Positions 24,301 to 36,069 of a stretch of DNA of 60,701 nt are shown piece after piece. Every line of letters starts with the position of its first letter. Position 1 is the stretch's first letter. The stretch is taken from assembly GCA_002269645.1 (NCBI GenBank), contig NIVC01002037.1, positions 211,518 to 272,218 of the forward strand, in the 5' to 3' direction. The translations under genes were made by a program, and so were the position numbers. The notes below the pieces were generated by a model. That model was given only the letters and a program-made list of their open reading frames with translations, was not told the DNA's origin and searched no databases. This stretch comes from Macrostomum lignano. Taxonomy: Eukaryota.

Positions 24301-27300
24301 CGCCCGTTCCATCTTGGCGGCGCAGTCGCGGAAGTCCTTGGTGTGAGCGATCACCTTGCACAGCAGGCTGTCGTAATACGGCGAGATGATGGCGCCGGCG
24401 TAGGCGCTGGCCGAGTCCAACCGGATGCCGATGCCCTGTCCGGGGCGGAACACCTCCAGCCGGCCGGAGTCGGGCTGGAAGCCCTTGGACACGTCCTCGG
24501 TGGTGACGCGGCACTGCATGGCGTAGCCGTTCACCTCGATGCGCTCCTGCTTCAGCCCGATGTCGCGCAGAGAGAAGCCCTCAGCCAGGCGGATCTGACC
24601 GGACAAGCGAACAGGGGGTGGGGAAGCTGAGCATTGCGTCAGGTTGAGTTGAGTAGGCTGCGTAGTACTTCTGACTGGAGATGATCAAGATGCAGAGTGA
24701 GAAAGATATTCTGAATCTGAGGACTGGCTCATAGAAATGGCATGATTAACCTGGGGACTGGCTCATAGAAATGGCATAATTAACCAGGGGACTGGCTCAT
24801 AGAAATGGCATAATTAACCAGGGGACTGGCTCATAGAAATGGCATAATTAACCTGGGGACTGGCTCATAGAAATGGCATAATTAACCAGGGGACTGGCTC
24901 ATAGAAATGGCATAATTAACCTGGGGACTGACTCATAGAAATGGAATAATTAACCTGGGGACTGGCTCATAGAAATGGCAGGATTAACCAGGGGACTGGC
25001 TCATAGAAATGGCATAATTAACCAGGGGACTGGCTCAATGAAAAGGGATAATTAACCAGGGGACTGGCTCATAGAAATGGCATAATTAACCTGGGGACTG
25101 ACTCATAGAAATGGCATAATTAACCTGGGGACTGGCTCATAGAAATGGCAGGATTAACCAGGGGACTGGCTCATAGAAATGGCATAATTAACCAGGGGAC
25201 TGGCTCATAGAAATGGCATAATTAACCTGGGGACTGGCTCATAGAAATGGCATAATTAACCTGAGGACTGGCTCTTAGAAATGGCAGGATTAACCAGGGG
25301 ACTGGCTCATAGAAATGGCATAATTAACCTGAGGACTGGCTCATAGAAATGGCATAATTAACCTGGGGACTGGCTCATAGAAATGGCATAATTAACCTGG
25401 GGACTGGCTCATAGAAATGGCATAATTAACCAGGGGACTGGCTAATAGAAATGGCATAATTAACCAGGGGACTGGCTCATAGAAATGGCATGATTAACCT
25501 GGGGACTGGCTCATAGAAATGGCGTAATTAACCTGAGGACTGGCTCTTAGAAATGGCAGGATTAACCAGGGGACTGGCTCATAGAAATGGCATAATTAAC
25601 CTGAGGACTGGCTCATAGAAATGGCAGGATTAACCAGGGGACTGGCTCATAGAAATGGCGTAATTAACCTGAGGACTGGCTCTTAGAAATGGCAGGATTA
25701 ACCAGGGGACTGGCTCATAGAAATGGCATGATTAACCTGGGGACTGGCTCATAGAAATGGCGTAATTAACCTGAGGACTGGCTCTTAGAAATGGCATAAT
25801 TAACCAGGGGACTGGCTCATAGAAATGGCATAATTAACCAGGGGACTGGCTCATAGAAATGGCATAATTAACCAGGGGACTGGCTAATAGAAATGGCATA
25901 ATTAACCTGGGGACTGGCTCATAGAAATGGCATAATTAACCAGGGGACTGGCTCATAGAAATGGCATAATTAACCAGGGGACTGGCTAATAGAAATGGCA
26001 TAATTAACCTGGGGACTGGCTCATAGAAATGGCATAATTAACCAGGGGACTGGCTCATAGAAATGGCATAATTAACCAGGGGACTGGCTCATAGAAATGG
26101 CATGATTAACCTGGGGACTGACTCATAGAAATGGAATAATTAACCTGGGGACTGGCTCATAGAAATGGCAGGATTAACCAGGGGACTGGCTCATAGAAAT
26201 GGCATAATTAACCAGGGGACTGGCTCAATGAAAAGGGATAATTAACCAGGGGACTGGCTCATAGAAATGGCATAATTAACCTGGGGACTGACTCATAGAA
26301 ATGGCATAATTAACCTGGGGACTGGCTCATAGAAATGGCAGGATTAACCAGGGGACTGGCTCATAGAAATGGCATAATTAACCAGGGGACTGGCTCATAG
26401 AAATGGCATAATTAACCTGGGGACTGGCTCATAGAAATGGCATAATTAACCTGAGGACTGGCTCTTAGAAATGGCAGGATTAACCAGGGGACTGGCTCAT
26501 AGAAATGGCATAATTAACCTGAGGACTGGCTCATAGAAATGGCATAATTAACCTGGGGACTGGCTCATAGAAATGGCATAATTAACCTGGGGACTGGCTC
26601 ATAGAAATGGCATAATTAACCAGGGGACTGGCTAATAGAAATGGCATAATTAACCAGGGGACTGGCTAATAGAAATGGCATAATTAACCTGGGGACTGGC
26701 TCATAGAAATGGCGTAATTAACCTGAGGACTGGCTCTTAGAAATGGCAGGATTAACCAGGGGACTGGCTCATAGAAATGGCATAATTAACCTGAGGACTG
26801 GCTCATAGAAATGGCAGGATTAACCAGGGGACTGGCTCATAGAAATGGCGTAATTAACCTGAGGACTGGCTCTTAGAAATGGCAGGATTAACCAGGGGAC
26901 TGGCTCATAGAAATGGCATGATTAACCTGGGGACTGGCTCATAGAAATGGCGTAATTAACCTGAGGACTGGCTCTTAGAAATGGCATAATTAACCAGGGG
27001 ACTGGCTCATAGAAATGGCATAATTAACCAGGGGACTGGCTCATAGAAATGGCATAATTAACCAGGGGACTGGCTAATAGAAATGGCATAATTAACCTGG
27101 GGACTGGCTCATAGAAATGGCATAATTAACCAGGGGACTGGCTCATAGAAATGGCATAATTAACCAGGGGACTGGCTCATAGAAATGGCATGATTAACCT
27201 GGGGACTGGCTCATAGAAATGGCGTAATTAACCTGAGGACTGGCTCATAGAAATGGCATAATTAACCAGGGGACTGGCTCATAGAAATGGCATAATTAAC

Positions 27301-30300
27301 CAGGGGACTGGCTCATAGAAATGGCATAATTAACCAGGGGACTGGCTCATAGAAATGGCATAATTAACCAGGGGACTGGCTCATAGAAATGGCATAATTA
27401 ACCAGGGGACTGGCTCATAGAAATGGCATAATTAACCAGGGGACTGGCTCATAGAAATGGCATAATTAACCAGGGGACTGGCTCATAGAAATGGCATAAT
27501 TAACCAGGGGACTGGCTCATAGAAATGGCATAATTAACCAGGGGACTGGCTCATAGAAATGGCATAATTAACCAGGGGACTGGCTCATAGAAATGGCATA
27601 ATTAACCAGGGGACTGGCTCATAGAAATGGCATAATTAACCAGGGGACTGGCTCATAGAAATGGCATAATTAACCAGGGGACTGGCTCATAGAAATGGCA
27701 TAATTAACCAGGGGACTGGCTCATAGAAATGGCATAATTAACCAGGGGACTGGCTCATAGAAATGGCATAATTAACCAGGGGACTGGCTCATAGAAATGG
27801 CATAATTAACCAGGGGACTGGCTCATAGAAATGGCATAATTAACCTGGGGACTGGCTCATAGAAATGGCATAATTAACCAGGGGACTGGCTCATAGAAAT
27901 GGCATAATTAACCTGAGGACTGGCTCATAGAAATGGCATAATTAACCAGGGGACTGGCTCATAGAAATGGCATAATTAACCAGGGGACTGGCTCATAGAA
28001 ATGGCATAATTAACCAGGGGACTGGCTCATAGAAATGGCATAATTAACCAGGGGACTGGCTCATAGAAATGGCATAATTAACCAGGGGACTGGCTCATAG
28101 AAATGGCATAATTAACCAGGGGACTGGCTCATAGAAATGGCATAATTAACCAGGGGACTGGCTCATAGAAATTACAGACCTGACATACTGACAGACAGTG
28201 AATAGTAGAGAGAATGCTGTACTAGAAAAATTAACTGACAAATTCACGTGAAAGGGAAGACTGAATGGACAGAGAGCAGTGAAGAGAAAACTCAACAGAC
28301 AGGGGGACAAGCATGCATACCTAGACTGTCCTTCTACACAATAGCGGAAAGCAAAAACCATAAAGCAGAAAGCAAACCCGGCGGTAAACAGGCTTGAGCT
28401 CATGACCAGAGCGCACAATTTCAGTGAGCAGTGAGCTGGACACTAGGGGGGAGAGACAGGGACACAGCTAATTAAAGCATCGATCCAACAGTAGAGGCAG
28501 TGAGCACTGCTCCCAAGCACTTGAGACAACTTGCTACTTTCTCAATTGAATTATGAGCGCAACAATGGTCTCGCACTGAAAAGACCCTGCTGTGAAGCCT
28601 ATGAGCACCCATTGTGCCATTCATACATTTGCACAATACGGGGGGTGCACTGCAAGGACGACTCAAGAGAGAAACCTGCAGGTCTGGCAACATTCGAAAG
28701 TTTCAGCCAAACAGACTAACAAAAAAGAATAATTTTATACATGTTTTTGTTATAAAGTATAGTTTGTTTGTTAAAGCGGACCGCAAAACTCGCTAAACAA
28801 AAGTACATACTACAAGGGGTGCCCCAAAAGTTCCCGGAATGCTTGCGCTGGAGAGACTATGGACAGAACTTATTTTTAAGTCTTTAGCCAAAAGCAAGAA
28901 CTGGCTCATAGAAGTGGCACCCATGAGGACTGGCTCATAGAAGTGGCACCCATGAGGACTGGCTCATAGAAGTGGCACCCATGAGGACTGGCTCATAGAA
29001 GTGGCACCCATGAGGACTGGCTCATAGAAGTGGCACCCATGAGGACTGGCTCATAGAAGTGGCACCCATGAGGACTGGCTCATAGAAGTGGCACCCATGA
29101 GGACTGGCTCATAGAAGTGGCACCCATGAGGACTGGCTCATAGAAGTGGCACCCATGAGGACTGGCTCATAGAAATGAGGACTGGCTCATAGAAGTGGCA
29201 CCTATGAGGACTGGCTCATAGAAATGAGGACTGGCTCATAGAAGTAGTACCCATGAGGACTGGCTCATAGAAATGAGGACTGGCTCATAGAAGTGGCACC
29301 CATGAGGACTGGCTCATAGAAATGAGGACTGGCTCATAGAAATGAGGACTGGCTCATAGAAGTGGCACCTATGAGGAATGGCTCATAGAAGTGGCCTCCA
29401 TGAGGACTGGCTCAAAGAAATGAGGACTGGCTCATAGAAATGAGGACTGGCTCATAGAAATGAGGACTGGCTCATAGAAATGAGGACTGGCTCATAGAAA
29501 TGAGGACTGGCTCATAGAAGTGGCACCCATGAGGACTGGCTCATAGAAGTGGCACCCATGAGGACTGGCTCAAAGAAATGAGGACTGGCTCATAGAAGTG
29601 GCACCCATGAGGACTGGCTCATAGAAATGAGGACTGGCTCGTAGAAGTAACACCCATGAGGACTGGCTCTCCTGCTGTCACAAATCAGATACACAGCCGT
29701 ATTGAACAAGTTAGCTAAGCTGGTTGCACTATTTCTGCCATGCACCCAGTGTGCCTTGGCCTATAAGATAAATTCTCTCCCTACATACGGTGCACCCTCA
29801 GCATTACCGTAGCGCTAAGGTTCAAACTAATGTCGCTGCTAAAGGAGGCATTATAAGCAAAAATAGCTTGAGAGTCCAGGCCCCGGGGGTAAGGAAAGTT
29901 TGCATAAGAAATGGCGGGGCGGGACACTGCAAGGTTAGGAGGGTCGCGCGGTGGAAGGAACCCCCAAACTACAAGCTGTGCAGTGCAGCAAGCTAGCTGG
30001 ACACAGCGGCAGCTTATCTAAAGTGGAATTAGCAGATCGAAGATCGAAGTACAGTGGAACTGGAGCAGGCCGCTAGCCCGATAAGCGGCTAAACTGGAGC
30101 ATATTCGAACTGGAACCGGACTTCGCTCTGGCTGAATTTTTACCCAGATTCGAAGCAACAAAATGCAGTTTCTGCTTTTGCATAAACTGAAATTCGAACA
30201 GAAAGTGATCAGGATCTCAGGAGAGAGAGCTCTCTTAACTCAACTAAACAACTGCTTAACTGTGCACGTGATCATTGAAACTTCGATAACGACTCCACTG

Positions 30301-30715
30301 CTCAGAATAGCGAGGTAGTTCAAAGAGCTCAAAATTAATTGTGGCTTTTATTTCTTAGTAATGAAAAGCAATGAACTATGTGGCATTCAGTTTCAGTTCA
30401 GCTAATACTTGCAATTAAATTCGCTGACTTTATTTTGCTTGTCATTATTTATTTGTCTTCTGTCTGTCTGTCTGTCTTAGTGTCTGTCTGTGTGTGTCTG
30501 TCTGTCTTTCTGTCTGTCCGTCTTAGTGCCTGTCTGTCTGTGTCTGTCTGTCTGTCCGTCTTAGTGTCTGTCTGTCTGTCTGTCTTAGTGTCTGTGTCTG
30601 TCTGTCTTAGTGTCTGTCTGTGTGTGTCTGTCTGTCCGTCTTAGTGCCTGTCTGTCTGTCTTAGTGTCTCTGTGTGTGACGTGTGTGTGTGTGTGTGTCT
30701 GTCTGTCCGTCTTAG

Positions 30716-30756
<41 letters not shown>

Positions 30757-30825
30757 TAGTGTCTGTCTGTCTGTCTGTCTGTCCGTCTTAGTTTCTGTCT
30801 GTCTGTCTGTCTGTCCGTCTTAGTT

Positions 30826-30863
<38 letters not shown>

Positions 30864-33066
30864 AGTCAGGCAGCCAGCCGGGCTTACCTGAGACCGCACG
30901 ATGTCGATGCCGGTGATCTCCTCAGTAACGGTGTGCTCCACCTGCAGCCTGGCGTTGACCTCAATGAAGTAGTACTGCCCCGACTTTACGTCGTACAGGA
31001 ACTCCACCGTGCCCGCGTTCTCGTAGCCGACGTGTCGCATCAGCTTGACGGCGTCAAGGCACATGCTGCGGCACACGTCAGGGTTGATGTTGGGCGCCGG
31101 GGCGATCTCCACCACCTGGTAAGAGACGCGATTGGGATGCAGATGTAGCTAGGCCCAGCCACCCCAGCATGCAGCAATCAAGAGCCCCCTGGCTAGGGAA
31201 TACAATCCCGGGATTACGCTTAAATCACAATTGTCCGGGATCGACCATCGGGATCCCGATCCCGCTTTGCAATAATTCAATCAATTCATTCTCGAGTAGT
31301 ACTATCTGCAGCTGAGATACAATTGTCAGGTGAAAATCATAACCCATTTATCACGCTTCGATTTACTAATCGTCTAAGCATGCAGGCTAGTGAGTAGAAG
31401 GATACAAAACAGAAGCGGTCAGCAGATCGTAATGAGATCTCAGGTGTAATATTAGTAATGTACAACTACTTTTATTAAGCAGTCCCTACCTTCAAAACTC
31501 TTTGGTCGTAGTTGGGATCAGAACAGTGGGACATTGCTATCGGACCACAACCAAAGCTACCGCTGCTCCATCTAAGGGCGCGTGCCCCTACGAGGGTGAG
31601 GTCTAATCCCCTTTCTAACCTGGCATCAGTACCTCGGGCCATAGCTCTGTACGAGCGTAAAGCTATCATTCCCCAGGTTAAATCACAATCAAGTGTGATT
31701 TTCCTGAGCTGATACTGGCATGCAAAGAATCCCGGGATTGTCAAAACTACTCGGGATTTTGTATTCCCTACCCCTAGCACTGCAAACCAACCTTCTGATG
31801 GCGCCGCTGCACGGAGCAATCCCTCTCGTACAGGTGCAAAATGTTTCCGTACCGATCGCCAAGGATTTGCACCTCGATGTGGCGCGGATTTTCTACGTAG
31901 CGCTCGATAAACAGAGCCCCGTTGCCGAATGCGGCCTTGGCCTCCGAGGTGGCCCGGTTGAAGGCCTCGGCCAGCTCCGACTCCTTGCGCACGATCCGCA
32001 TGCCGCGACCGCCGCCGCCGTAGGCTGCCTTGAGCATCACGGGGAAACTGTTAGCTGAGCAGAAGGCGGCCGCCTCCTCGTGGGTGGTCACCGGGCCGGG
32101 GCTGCCGGGCACCACCGCCACGCCGGCCGCGATGGCCGCCTCCCTGGCCAGCACTTTGTCGCCCATCTGCTTCACCGTCTCCGGCCGGGGGCCGACAAAC
32201 GAAATGCCGGCGTCAGCGCAAGCCTGAGCGAATTCAGACCGCTCGGATAGGAAGCCGTAGCCAGGGTGGATGGCGTCCGAGCCCGTCTCCTTGGCAACCT
32301 GGGTTGGGGGGTAAGTGAGAAAGTGACTGACAGAGTAAGAGTGACATTAAGTGACTGACAGAGTGACAGCGTACGGGTGAGAATAAAAGTGGTAGAGCAA
32401 GAAAGTGACAGACTAAGAGTGACAGTAAAATGACAGTGAGAATGACAGTAGAAGTGACACTGAGAGTGACAGAGTAAGAGTGACAGTAAAAGTGACGGTA
32501 AGAGTGACAGACAAAGAGAGTGACAGAGTAAGACAGTGACAGACTAAGACAGTGAAAGACTAATAGTGACAGACTAAGAGTGACAGACTAAGAGAGTGAC
32601 AGAGTAAGTGTCCAATTGGCGACTTGGATAGCTAAAATTTATTTATCGGACAGTAAATAAACAGATGAATGAGTAAAAAGGAGAAGCAAGATTTCGAGTC
32701 CCTTACCTGGATAATAGCAGGTATATTAAGGTAGGCCTGGACCGGCTGCATGCCCTTGCCAATTAGGTAGGACTCATCAGCCATGGTCCTGTGCAGGTGC
32801 ATGGTGTCGGCCTCGCTGTAAATGCCGACAGTCCGAACGCCCATCTCGGTGCAGGCGCGGTAAATTCTGATGGCAATTTCTCCCCTGTTGGCAACCAGTA
32901 GCTTGTTGATGCGCCGGTAGACATCACCACTATTGGCCGCATGCTGAGCCTGCTGCTGAGTCTGGTGGCCCTGGCTGCCGCTGGTTGATGCTGCTGTGAG
33001 GCTGCGATAAATTGGCTGCAAAGGGCTCATAAGCAGCGATCGGCTTGGCAACAGCAGGCGCTGCAT
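18381..33066 (-). CDS. PC: Pyruvate carboxylase, mitochondrial (10 coding exons: 33066-32707, 32298-31792, 31115-30888, 24594-24126, 23143-23051, 22799-22265, 21740-21366, 20942-20750, 19922-19359, 18641-18381; 1194 aa)
   Basis: All introns are GT-AG and phases join into one 3585-nt frame. Biotin carboxylase motifs [34 protein letters not shown]. Carboxyltransferase motifs [25 protein letters not shown]. Biotinyl motif AMKM. Arg/Ser/Leu-rich, acid-free transit-peptide-like N-terminus. Confidence 0.97.
18794..19235. repeat. 20/24-bp minisatellite (GGGGCGATTCTGATGGATC) in PC intron 9
   Basis: About 20 units, some with a 4-bp insertion (GGGGGCCGGCGATTC variant). Confidence 0.95.
19945..20618. 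repeat. 13-bp minisatellite (TGAGTAGTATAAT / TGAGTAGTACAAC / TGAGTAGGATAAC) in PC intron 8
   Basis: About 50 units of three interleaved variants. Confidence 0.95.
21102..21326. repeat. 25-bp minisatellite (GGGAACAGGACAAACCAGTTCACCT), 9 copies, in PC intron 7
   Basis: Directly visible. Confidence 0.95.
21815..22200. repeat. Degenerate TTTTGGCGCCATTT repeat in PC intron 6
   Basis: Motif recurs more than 10 times with variable spacers. Confidence 0.85.
23290..24090. repeat. 31-bp minisatellite (TGGCATCAGAAATGGCATCAAATCTGAGGAC), ~26 copies, in PC intron 4
   Basis: Directly visible. Confidence 0.96.
24720..28172. repeat. 34-bp satellite (GGGGACTGGCTCATAGAAATGGCATAATTAACCA), ~100 copies, in PC intron 3
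   Basis: Period confirmed by a 1020-bp offset equal to 30 units (24781 vs 25801). Confidence 0.98.
28811..28840 (+). mobile_element. Isolated mariner-like terminal inverted repeat
   Basis: TACAAGGGGTGCCCCAAAAGTTCCCGGAAT matches 24/30 positions of the right TIR of the mariner at 49355-50911. No partner end found. Confidence 0.4.
28900..29668. repeat. 29-bp/20-bp mixed minisatellite (GAGGACTGGCTCATAGAA[GTGGCACCC]AT) in PC intron 3
   Basis: About 9 pure 29-mers followed by interleaved 29- and 20-mers. Confidence 0.95.
30450..30865. repeat. (TCTG)n microsatellite interrupted by CTTAGT, in PC intron 3
   Basis: Directly visible; ends ~20 bp from the exon 3 donor. Confidence 0.95.
31194..31770. 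mobile_element. hAT-type MITE (577 bp) in PC intron 2
   Basis: 12-bp perfect TIR TAGGGAATACAA. 8-bp TSD CCCCTGGC/CCCCTAGC (7/8). Repeated subterminal ATCCCG(GGAT) motifs. An 8-bp TSD is the established hAT signature. Confidence 0.8.
32320..32610. repeat. Degenerate GTGACAGA(G/C)TAAGA repeat in PC intron 1
   Basis: Directly visible low-complexity array. Confidence 0.85.
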
Positions 33067-33899
33067 GTTGGAGGATCTGCTTTTGCTCTGGCTGGAACTG
33101 CTACTAGTAGATTTGCTGTTTGGAGCAGCTTAGCTGTGGATAGCTGAAGAGAGTGATCAACATTGGAGCATCAATCCACTATTCTACATTTTTCATAGTG
33201 GCCAAAATGAAAATCATCTCAATCAAATTGAAAGCAATGAAAATATATAAATCCTAAAATAAGTTCAGTGGTTATGATTAAATAGTTAATAGTACGTAAT
33301 TTAATCTATAAAATATTCTACAAATGATCATCTAGTCTTAGATTAGCTTGAGAAAGAGTTGAACTTTTTCTTCTAATTTTGACTCTAAAATGCTTGGCTG
33401 TCTTATATTGTTTATTTTTAGATTAGATTATAACTTAGATGCATAAAGTTCAAAATGAATGTCATTAGACCTAATATTATAGTTAGAATTTATTATGATA
33501 TATAATAGTGAGATCATATTCATATGTTGATAGTTTATGGTCAGTTATGTGATTATTAATAATACTATTGATTGATAGTTGATGCTTAGTGATTGATTGA
33601 TTGATTCAATAAAATGGAATATACTATTTTCTAGACCCTAGGCCTATAGGCCTATAAATATAGAATAAAAAGGAAAAAATCTAGTTTAATTATAGACCTT
33701 TAAGGCCAAGTCTAGAAAAAGTTAATAATTATATATTTCTTACTACAATTTCAAACCTTCTAAATACTACTAAATCAATTTAATGTGTACTTTGATAGCA
33801 AATAGGGTAACATAAGTAGTTACAAGTTTAAATAAGTATTAAGATTTAGAATTATTAAATTAGAGTTTATACAATTTATTTTTCTCCCTATTTTTATTA

Positions 33900-34020
33900 T
33901 AGTTTCCAGTCAATCTGGCAATAGGCAATCTGGTAATAGACAATCTGGTAATAGACAATCTGGTAATAGACAATCTAGTAATAATCAAAATGGTAATAGT
34001 CAATCTGGTAATAAGGTGTA
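33900..34020. repeat. 15-bp repeat (AATCTGGTAATAGAC), several copies, with an inverted counterpart at ~34845-34880
   Basis: CAGTCAATCTGGCAA at ~33908 versus TTGCCAGATTGACT at ~34862. Confidence 0.6.
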
Positions 34021-34315
34021 GTAAAATGCTATTAAATAGACTATTTGGCATTTAAACAGATTAGAAAGCTTTTATTATTATTTTTATTATAATTGTTTTT
34101 ATTATTATTGCTATCAATATTAATATTAATATTATTATTATTACTATTGATATTATTATTAGTATATAGGATTGCTATTTATTTTTAATTGGATGTGTTC
34201 TATTATGCATTCCTTAATTTCACTAAGGGCCACATACTACAAGTAGTTTTATCCTCTTCTCAGATATACTATTATATTAAAATGTTTGACAATATACTAT
34301 AAATTATTTTAGAAA

Positions 34316-34711
34316 CGAAGAGCTTGCGTGCACGGCAGCCATTCACGTAAGCTCAGAATTGCGTGCACGGCGGCTATCTACCTAGTGCTTTATTTGCATG
34401 TATGCAGCCGTCCACCTAGTGTTGTAATTGCGTGCATGGCAGCCGGCAATTGTCCGGGACTGGGGCCCTTAAACCCATGCATTGGCATTGGCAAACCTAT
34501 TTAAAAAATATTTTTACTATATTGTTTTATAATGTTTTATCCCCTGTACACCATGGACTGCAAATGTAATCTTAATTCATTGTTTTTTTGTTAACTTAAA
34601 TATTAATTCGAATAGTATATGACTTACTATATATAAGCCTATAAGATATAGCTCTGCCGTGCATGCAATTCTGAGCTTACGTGAACGGTGGCCGTGCACG
34701 TAAGCTCTTCG
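34316..34711. mobile_element. Non-autonomous foldback/MITE, 396 bp, ~60-bp TIRs and perfect 9-bp TSD (Mutator-like)
   Basis: TIRs begin CGAAGAGCTT(G/A)CGTGCACGGC...TTCACGTAAGCTCAGAATTGC. TTTTAGAAA flanks both ends (34307-34315 and 34712-34720). Confidence 0.8.
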
Positions 34712-35049
34712 TTTTAGAAATGCATTAGTGCAGCCATAATGTACAATTTTTATTAGAAAAGATACAATCCTAAAGTTAATTCTCTACATGTAAAATTAAA
34801 AACTATATGTAAAGTTGCGTTTGTATCTAAAATCCAAAAAATCTGTTGCCAGATTGTCTTGTTGCCAGATTGACTAGAAGCCTTTATTACCCTAACCTAA
34901 GGCCTAAGGCCTAAGACGAAAAACGAAATATATTGCCTTATATTTTTAGTTTTAGACATTTTGTTTTGTCTTGGGCCTTAGGGTAATAAAGGCGGCAATC
35001 TTCTAGTTTACTGCATTAAATTATTTTCATATTTACACAAACTTTTCAG

Positions 35050-35320
35050 CCTATCAGGCAGACCTACCGGCTACAATGGCTTGCAGAATCACTTGGCTGT
35101 CAATCATTGACTCCATTTCGTGGACCCCCACGACCCGACCGTCCATACGAACACCATTGAGGGGTCATGGCCCTCATGGGAAGGCGTCAAGGCCAAATTC
35201 AGGGCGATGCACGGCACTATCGACGCCCTGTTTGACACCCACCTCAATGAGTACCTGTGGCGCCGCCTCTTCCCGCCGCCAAAAGTGTTTGGGAACTTCC
35301 TGTATTGGGTTAGGCACTAA
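35050..35320 (+). pseudogene. Merlin / IS1595(ISXO2)-like DDE transposase C-terminal fragment
   Basis: Frame reads HLAVNH*LHFVDPHDPTVHTNTIEGSW...HLNEYLWRR, matching the family motifs H-x-x-VNHS-x-x-FV, HTNTIEG-x-W and YL-x-E-x-x-WR. In-frame TGA at 35108. Confidence 0.72.
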
Positions 35321-36069
35321 TATTGACACTCTGAGGACTAATGACTTCGTATTTTACACTATTTTTCACGGGAAAATAATTTAAAGTAGAAGATTGCCAA
35401 ATATTAAGGCATGCATAATTAAATTAAATTTGTCACTGAAAATTATTACCGATCGAATTCACCGGTTGTAGGCTTAAGTTTAAGCCTAGTGTAGTGCTTA
35501 TTTTGTAGCTGCTGGCCGTAACACAATCAAATTTAACTTAAAGCAGAAAAGCTAATAAAATAAAATCTTCGGGGCTCCAGTGGGCTCACTGGCGCGCGGA
35601 TCGACGCGCCGGCGGCTGTGAAAAAGGTAACATTTAAAAACTCCAAATAACGCTAAATCCCATGACTAGCTTTTAAAATTAAAATATTAAAATAAACTAC
35701 ATTTGTTGTTATACTTTTACAAATGCTTCTTTGCTTCGCTTTTTAGCTTTTTATGTTAACGATATTATAGGTTTTGTTTTATTAAACTAAAGTTTTAACG
35801 CGCTTGCAGCAGTCAATCAATTTAATTTAAACACGGTCTCAATTCGCGTTATTTGATAGGCCTATGTCAAAAAGGTAATCGGAAAATTAACTAAAACATG
35901 CGATTAGGAAACGAACAGATCAAAAGAGTGAATGTGAATTTACTAGTTACAGCCAAGAAGAGACAAAAATTTCATCTCTTCAGAGACAACTATGAGTCTG
36001 AGATGAGTCTATGTCCCCCTAGTCTATGAGTTGAGTAGAGCCTGGGTATGGGAATGGCGAATGGATATG

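Noticed and set aside
24115-24630. Antisense ORFs over PC exons and other GC-rich exons
   Set aside because: Shadow frames from GC-rich codon usage; they end at exon limits and have no domains.
24720-28172. CCCCAG/GTTAAT on the pre-mRNA strand as recursive splice sites
   Set aside because: Only some units have AG, the donor is weak and there is no pyrimidine tract; no evidence without nascent RNA data.
23290-29668. CRISPR-like appearance of 29-34-bp repeats
   Set aside because: Units are head-to-tail with no unique spacers, there are no cas genes, and the context is a eukaryotic intron.
18381-33066. Bacterial origin or contamination suggested by GC-rich PC exons
   Set aside because: Nine spliceosomal introns, a transit-peptide-like N-terminus and animal-type sequence.
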